Shown one piece after another: positions 54,873 to 64,000 of a stretch of 64,000 bases of DNA. Every line of letters begins with the position of its first letter. The stretch's first letter is position 1. The stretch is taken from assembly GCA_044892525.1 (NCBI GenBank), contig CM097885.1, positions 24,120,001 to 24,184,000 of the forward strand. The letters are read 5' to 3'. Made by a program: the position numbers and the translations under genes. This DNA comes from Schmidtea polychroa (lineage: Eukaryota). A model generated the notes under the pieces. The model made no database searches and was not told where the DNA came from. It worked only from the letters and a program-made list of their open reading frames with translations.

Positions 54873-55974
54873 CACATACTATCAACATCTTTGCTGTTAT
54901 TTTCTCTTTGGTGAATTCTTTATTCTCAAACAACCTGTCAACAAGGTCCTACACTTTTTTAAAATATGTTTCAATCTCTTCGCCTCTTCTTTTATAATTC
55001 AATAAACTTTCCATATCCTTTATTACGTCCCTTTCGTAATCAAATGCCATTCGTAACCTGGCTTGAAATCCTTCTGCTTTTTTAACTGTTTTCGCATATT
55101 TCTCCAATAGATCCTCGTCGATCATGCATGCGGTGAATCTTTCTTGTTCTTTTTTATTGATGCCTTTAGCATCGAATTAGATCTTGGATCTTCTGATGAA
55201 TTTTTCCAAGTCATCACCTTGACAGAACACTTTTGGCAATAATCTTTCGTTAATCGCGTCGGTGTTTACCGCTGCCACCATATCAGGATTCTCATCCGTT
55301 TTTAAATCACTAAATAATTCCATGAATTTTCTTTAATAAAAGATATTTCAATTCGGGTAAAGTATACCTATAAAATAAAAATTTAATAAAAAAATATTAT
55401 AATTTAAATGATATATTTTAATAAATGTTTACGCAAAAATTTGCAAATCATTATTATTTATTACAATGAATATTTACAAAATTTATTTTACAAATTTTAT
55501 TTACTAAAAAATAAAAATTTACTAAATTAAAAATATTAACATTTACTTAAATAAAAAATTATATTAAATTTCCTTTAAATTATAAAAAGGAATCAATACT
55601 TACATTGTAAATTTTTATTTCGATTTATTGACATAATTTTTCTCTTTATTCGTATTACCTAAATTATCAATTAATTAAATCAATAAATTAAAAATTATGT
55701 TTACTTTTTCTTTTCAAATTTCCTTTAATCTTCGATTTCAAATTGTCTTCATTAATATTATGTAACTAAATAAATTATTTAATTAATCAATAAATTAAAA
55801 TTTACCAAATTTCTGAATTTTTTTCTCGGACATTCATAACGTTTTCTATTAGAGAATTCATTTTTAAAGTTAAATATTTGTAAAATGTGACTAATGATAG
55901 ATTATTGTTTATAGACTGAAGATAATAAACAGGAACAAATTCTAACCAATCAAAATCAAGGAAAGGTAGGAAAA

Positions 55975-56024
<50 letters not shown>

Positions 56025-58360
56025 CGTTGCGGTATTTAAATTTAAATTTATTTTAAAAATCCATTTTGACGCTAAAGTCGATTTATATAACAAAGACATA
56101 ATATACTCATTATTTCCTACAAATATTTCACCCATCAAATACCTACCTAGAGATGATATATATTGATTGATCATAATAGCAAACTAAATCACAAATTTCA
56201 GTATATCTTACAATAATTTTCAAGTAAATTTGAAGTCCTTGATAAAGTTAACTGGTTTCTTAGCTTATGTATTTTTAAAAGTTCATCAATGTGTAAATGA
56301 AAATATTCTTAGAAAAGTATTGAAAAGATTATTGAGTCAAGTGCAATACAAAGTCATCTAAAATTAAACCTATTACTTGATTATTAACTTAACAGTCATT
56401 AAAAAAATTAATTTTTTTTTTAAAATTTAGAAAATTATCAAGAAATTCAATTAATATCACCATTAAAACTTTAAATATTTAATCAATCAACATGAAATTC
56501 TTAGAAAATATACAAAAAACTACTTAGTCAAATTCAATTACATTACAAAGTCATATCCTATCACTTGATAATTAACCTAACTGTCAATAAAAATAATTTT
56601 TATTTAAAATTAAAAATCAATCAATAAAAATGCATCCAATTATCAAGAAATTAATTAAATTTATCTTAGAACTAACTTTAAATTTTTAAATATTCATTCA
56701 ATCCACATGAAATTCACGAAAATGATAAAAATTCTCAAAAACCATCAACTCTAAAAAAAATTACTAATGAATAGACACCAAAATTTATCTAAATAATCTT
56801 TCAAATTAATTCATTAAAATTGAAGACAACACGTTGGAATTTGTCATTACATTCAATTAAAATTAACTAAATCAAGATATGAACTTTGATAAAAAATATT
56901 ATTGTAAAATGGTTAGAATTAACACTGTAGTGTTCTTTAAATCTAATTAATTTAGTCATAATTTTCTTTAATTATTACTACTAATTCTCATCATCTTTCA
57001 AAATTTATTACTTAATTTAAAATTGCATCCTTTAATTTTCTTAATTTTAAATTTTAGCATTCAATTTACCAAAAATTGCATTTAATTACTTTTTCTAAAT
57101 ATATCTCTTATTATTATTTCATAAAAATTCTATTTAAATTTATCATTGAAAATTATTTCAAAAAGATTTGCATCTGAAATTGTCAATTCTCATCGTTGAT
57201 AGTTTTTCAAAATATCTGACAATAAATTATTACTGTAATTTTAAAATTTTTACTTTAATTTACTTAATTTAAAAGTATTACTATAATTTAAAAATTTTAA
57301 TTTTAATTAAATTCTAGACCATTGATTACTCAAGTATAAAATTTTAAACCTTAATTTACCTATTTATCATTAATTTACTTTAATTTAACCCTTGTTTAAA
57401 ATATTGACCATTGATTACTTTAATTTAAAAATGTATCCCTTAATTTACATTATTTCCATCTAAAATTTATTCATAAAAATATTTATATAAAATTGTCATA
57501 GAAAAATATTTTATAAAAGTTTTCATTTTAAATTTTCATTTCTCATCAGATGATAGTTATTCAAAATATCTGACAATAAATTATTAATTTAATTTAAAAT
57601 TTTACATTAATTTACTTTAATTTAAAATTTTGAACTAAATTACTTTAATTTAAAACTTAACCTTAATTCACCTATTTATTTTATTTTACTTAATTTTAAA
57701 ATTTGGTCCTTAAATTACTAATTTGAACCCTTAATTTACTTAAGTTTAAAAATTTAGAACTTAATTTAAAATTTTCGACCATAATTAACCTATTTATCAT
57801 TCATTTACTTTAGTTTAATTTTTGATCCTTGATTAATTCAATATAAAGATTTAGACCCTTAATTTAATTTAATTGAAAATATTAGACCTTAATTTGCTTA
57901 TTTATCCTTAATTTATTTAAGTTTAAAAATATAGACTTTTTTAAATTTACTTTAATTTAAAATTTAACCATTAATTTACAAATTGAAAATTTTAGACCTT
58001 AATTTACTTAATTGAAAATTTTAGACCATAATTTTCATGTAAAAATGTCATTGAAAAAATTTATATTGTTAGATAATTTTAAATATATTTCTAGATAATT
58101 TTAAATATATTTTAGAATAACTCAGTAATTGGTCTCAATAAGAATTAATTCTCAATGAGAATTAAGAAAAAGGAAATAAAAGAAAGAAAGAAATGTATTT
58201 TCGGGAAGAAGATTGCAAAGTTCCAGGAGATTGACAAAGACTATCTTATAGTCGAAAATGTTTTTTCATTAAATACATTATTTACAGCTAAAGGTTTAAA
58301 TTATCACTTTATTGTTTTAAATAATATTTTGAAAATAATAATAATAATAGTAATAATAAC

Positions 58361-58403
<43 letters not shown>

Positions 58404-59737
58404 GTAATAAGATCTTTGTTCTAGTGGAGTCCTGTTTTATGAGTCTTTGTTCTAAAAATATAGATGATGAATCGTTTGACGAGTCTTTGTTCTAAAAAGG
58501 ATAAGTCATCGATGAGTCATACAGAAAGGGGGATGTGAAAAAAAAATAAAACAGTACCCACATTTAAACGATGAGTCATCGATAAGTCATTGTCTTTGGT
58601 AAAGTGTCAGCATTGGCATCGACATGGAGTTCCAATATTCATTATTATATTTAATATTACTGTTTATATTTCACATTTGTCTGTTATTGAATGAATGTAG
58701 AAAGCCTTCTTCTCTATATAGATGACTTGTTAATGAATTCCTAATTAGAAAGTTTACTCATGTCAAGAGGCTATAATTACTTTGTGAAATAGGCAAAGAT
58801 TTTTTCTTCATGTTAACATAAATTTAGATTTCAACAACTGATTAATGACAAATTGCAAATTATTGACTATTTTCAATTAATATAATCTTATTACATTTCA
58901 TTAATAAATGTTTTAAGGCAGTACGAATATTAGTAATCAATTAAAAGTTGAGCAGATCTTTTGTGAATAAAAATTAAAATTCTATAGTCTTTCGTTGTTA
59001 TTTTAAAATATTTGAATTATTTTCAATTTCACGTGGTGTTTTAAAGTGTTTGAGTTGATAATTATTCATTTTTGACGAAAATCAATATTTTTGTTAAATT
59101 TAGACTTAGACAGAAAATGTTTTTCTACTGATTGTAATTAAATATATTTTTGAATTTAATACATATAAAAGGTTAATTTATTTAAAAAGCATTTGATAAA
59201 ATACAATGAAGAATATTTAGTTGATTGTAAATACCTGGTTGTAAGTCTTTAGTATCTGGTTGTTTGAGAGTTACTTAGTATTTGGTATCTGGTACCTAGT
59301 TAGTTGGTTGTTGTTGATTGTTAGAAAATAATCTTTGAAACTAATCTGTTAGTAGCTAGTTGTTTGTTGGTTGTTAATACATGGTAGCAGCTATCTGGTT
59401 GTAAGTTCTTAGTTGTAAGTATTTGGTACTTATTTGTTAGTACCTAGTTAAAAATCCTTAGCAGCTGATAGTTGGTATTTATTATCTGAATGTAAATAAT
59501 ACCTAGATAGTACATATTTGTTAGTATTTTGGTTGTAGGTATCTGGTTGAATTTTAGATTTTGACAAGAATTTAAGAAATATTCTTCTTCCTGAATTAGG
59601 AAAAGCTTCTTATAAGCAAATATATGATGATGAATAAATTTTGTATCTTTATCACTGTCTTGTTAATTTTTATTTATTATTATAGTTATTTTTTATGTGT
59701 TGTTAATAAAGTCTTTAGTTGTTAAGTATTTGGTTGA

Positions 59738-59800
<63 letters not shown>

Positions 59801-61415
59801 ATTATTACTTGCGAAATTTGCATCTAAATTTTCTTTAAAAATTATTTCATAAAAACTTTCATTAAAGATTTTCATTTCTCAAAAGCTGCCTATCATTCAA
59901 ACTTTTTGATTATAAAATTAAAATTATTACTTTAATTAACTTATTTAAAAATTTACTTTAATTTAAAATTTTTATTTATTTTACTTAATTTAAAAATATT
60001 ACTTAAATTTTTAAAATCTTTGAACAATGATTACGTTTTTTTAAAAATAAAAGCCCATAATTTAATTTGATCAATTTTTAGACTCTTAATTTACTTAAAA
60101 TTAAATTATTCTCATCATCTTTCAAAGTTTATTACTAGTTTTTAAAATTTAGCCCTTCATTTACTTATTTACCAAATATAACCCTTATTTACTAATATTT
60201 TTAGTAGAAAAAATTAATTGAAATCGATCTTTGAAATTAATTTAATAAAAATTTGTATTAAATTTTGCCTTTGAAAATTATTTCATAAAACTTTCTATTT
60301 AAAATTATCTTACAAAATTATTTCATAAAAAATTTCATTTCTCAACAGCTTGCAATTATTCAAACTTTGTCATAATAAATTTAAAATTCTTTCTTTTATT
60401 TACTTTCAATATATAAGAAGTTATATTATACAAAGAAATTCAATAGACTGACTGTATTATGGAAACACACAAACTTACCTGCGCTTTAAATTTTAATGTT
60501 TTAATGAATAAAATCTTTTATATAGAAGGTGAGAAAGTGGTAGAAAAATAAAATTAACACACAAATACAGCACATATACACCAAACACCACTGAGATACG
60601 TTCTCTATAGTGGTGGTTGGCGTGTAAATTCACTCACCAATTTATTTACCAATTGTAATTGGTTGTAATTGTAAATCATCTTTGTCAATTTATCATGTCT
60701 CATTTATATATTTTGGAAATTTATTTTAGCCATTTTACAAATGGCTTTCAAGTAATTTTTTTTATTTAAAGTAAATTTTAAGACTTGAATTCTGATCCAT
60801 ATGAGATATGAGATCATTATTCAAGTTCTTAAATATTACTTTTAATCAACAGTATAATTATATATTATTTTAATTAATTTTCAGGGTTTCTAGGAATTTT
60901 ATGATATTTAGCTCTATTTATTTTAGAATTATTTCAAAAAAATGTGAGTCCGATATATTTTTAATTATAGTTAATGAAATAAATCAATCACCTAAAATAT
61001 TTATTTTTTTAAAACATTTTGGGGAAAATCGATGATTAAAATAATTTTTGTAATTTTTTTTCTGAGCTCAATATGAGGAGCTTCTTTCAGGAAATCAAAT
61101 CTGGATTGAAATGATATTGAACCAAATTCATCTGCTCTTAATATTTTCATTAAAAATATAATTTTAAAAATTTTCAACGATCTTTTTTTTCTAAAAATTG
61201 TCAAAAATAAAGTTTATTATAGAAACGTATCTCATCGTTACATTTATACGAATCAAAAATTTGTATGTGCTTTTTAGTATGTGTTGCGTTTGTGTGCAGT
61301 TTTTAATTTTCCTTCCACTTTTCAGTTTTCTATAATATAAGATGTATCTCACTGAGCTATAAATTAGAACACCATGTTAGTAATTATTATATTATATTTT
61401 TACATAAATTTATTT

Positions 61416-61519
<104 letters not shown>

Positions 61520-63802
61520 TGCAATAACTTAGGGGAAATAGTCAGTATTCATTATTAGTTGATTGAATGTGTTGGAATATTATTAGTGTTGGTTTTGAAT
61601 CCTCGTGCTCTTCTTCAATTTTCAAAATAAGGCTCAAAACATTTTATTAAAGAGGTTTTATACAATAATTTTTATTTAAAATAAAAAAACCAATCAAGAA
61701 AAATGCATCCAATTATCAAGAAATTAATTAAATTTATCTTAGAACTAACTTTAAATTTTTAAATATTCATTCAATCCACATGAAATTCACGAAAATTATA
61801 AAAATTCTCAAAAACCATCAACTCTAAAAAAAATTACTAATGAATAGACACCAAAATTTATCTAAATAATCTTTTAAATTATTTCATTAAAATTGAAGAC
61901 AACACGCTGGAATTGATCATTACATTCAATTAAAATTAACTAAATCAAGATATGAACTTTGATAAAAAAATATTTTTGTAAAATGATTAGAATTAACACT
62001 AGTGTTCTTTAAATCTAATTAACTTAGTCATAATTTTCTTTAATTATTACTGCGAATTCTTATCATCTTTCAAAATTTCTTACTTAATTTAAAATTGCAT
62101 CCTTTAATTTACCAAAAATAGCATTTAATTACTTTTTTTTAAATATATCTCTTATTATTATTTCATAAAAAATCTATTTAAATTTATCATTTAAAATTAT
62201 TTCAAAATATTTTGCATCTCAAATTGTCAATTCTCATCGTTGATAGTAAATTGTTGACAATAAAATATTACTGTAATTTTAAAATTTTTACTTTAATTTA
62301 CTTAATTTAAAAGTATTACTATAATTTAAAAATTTTAATTTTAATTAAATTCTAGACCATTGATTACTCAAGTATAAAATTTTAAACCTTAATTTACCTA
62401 TTTATCATTAATTTACTTTAATTTAACCCTTTATTTAATTAATTTAGCCCTTGTTTACCAAATATAGAAGTTTTAAATATAGACCATTGATTACTTTAAT
62501 TTAAAAATGTATCCCTTAATTTACATAATTTCCATCTAAAATTTATTCATAAAAATATTTATATAAAATTGTCATAGAAAAATATTTTATAAGTTTTCAT
62601 TTTAAAAATTCATTTCTCATCAGATGATAGTTATTCAAAATATCTGACAATAAATTATTAATTTAATTTAAAATTTTACATTAATTTACTTTACTTTAAA
62701 ATTTTGAACTTAATTACTTTAATTTAAAACTTAACCTTAATTCACCAATTTAATTTAATTTACTTAATTTTAAAATTTGGTCCTTAAATTACTAATTTGA
62801 ACCCTTAATTTACTTAAGTTTAAAAATTTAGAACTTAATTCAAAATTTTCGACCATAATTTAACTATTTATCATTAATTTACTTTAGTTAATTTTAGATC
62901 CTTGATTAATTCAATTTAAAAATTTAGACCCTTTATTTAATTTAATTGAAAATTTTAGACTTTAATTTGCTTATTTATGCTTAGTTTATTTAAGTTTAAA
63001 AATATTGACTTTTTTTAATTTACTTTAATTTAAAATTTAATCATTAATTTACCTAATTGAAAATTTTACACCGTAATTTTCATGTAAAAATGTCATTGAA
63101 AAAATTTATATTGTTAGATAATTTTACATATATTGTTAGATAATTTTAAATATATTTCTAGATAATTTTAAATATATTTTAGAATAACTCAGTAATTGGT
63201 CTCAATAAGAATTAATTCTCAATGAGAATTAAGAAAAAGGAAATAAAAGAAAGAAAGAAATGTATTTTCGGGAAGAAGATTGCAAAGTTCCAGGAGATTG
63301 ACAAAGACTATCTTATAGTCGAAAATGTTTTTTCATTAAATACATTATTTACAGCTAAAGGTTTAAATTATCACTTTATTGTTTTAAATAATATTTTGAA
63401 AATAATAATAATAACAGTAATAATAATAGTAATAAGATCTTTGTTCTATTGGAGTCCTGTTTTATGAGTCATTGTCTTTGTTCTAAAAAAGATGAGTCAT
63501 CGATGAGTCATTGTCTTTGGTAAAGTGTCTATATGTCTTTCTTTAAAAATGATGAGTCATTGACTTTGTTTTGGCGCGTTTAACTAGTACTTTATATTGT
63601 TTTAGAAGTATTGTCCCTTTTTTTTGCATTCCTGTGGATGCTGCTGTGTGAGTTGTATGACTTAAATTGACAATAAATTGATTTGAACTGCTATATTCCA
63701 AATTATCAGTCGACAAACCTGCACCGCTTCACCATCCGCAGTGCTTGTGTAGAAATATATTTGCCATTTCAGGAGACCAATCGAAATCAAGGAAAGAATA
63801 GG

Positions 63803-63905
<103 letters not shown>

Positions 63906-64000
63906 TTGTGGTTTTTTAAAACTTAAATATATTTTACAAACACATTTTAAACGTTAATGTTGACTTATTTAACAAAGACATAATAAAACTAAAATTATTA

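Overview
This is very AT-rich eukaryotic DNA made almost entirely of repeats and transposon debris. The dominant structure is a ~40.1-kb tandem duplication: 1-23784 recurs almost identically at 40091-64000. The only intact, recognisable gene is an intronless, divergent TFIIB-like ORF (26077-26982, minus strand). It is bracketed by a ~53-bp inverted repeat pair, lies ~1.8 kb from a decayed Polinton/Maverick-type protein-primed PolB fragment, and sits between two ~6.5-kb direct repeats. The unit also holds a ~9.6-kb foldback element with ~1.8-kb satellite-built inverted arms and a Polinton-like AGTAG terminus, and an internally deleted Buster-type hAT transposon with TIRs and an 8-bp TSD. Other contents are Penelope-like RT and GIY-YIG remnants, several LTR-retrotransposon gag remnants whose tRNA-Leu primer-binding site overlaps the likely start codon, a 55-bp 28S rRNA fragment, MITE-like inverted repeats and microsatellites. 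All alignments and translations were done by eye, and boundaries not tied to a quoted motif are approximate. I could not identify the organism.
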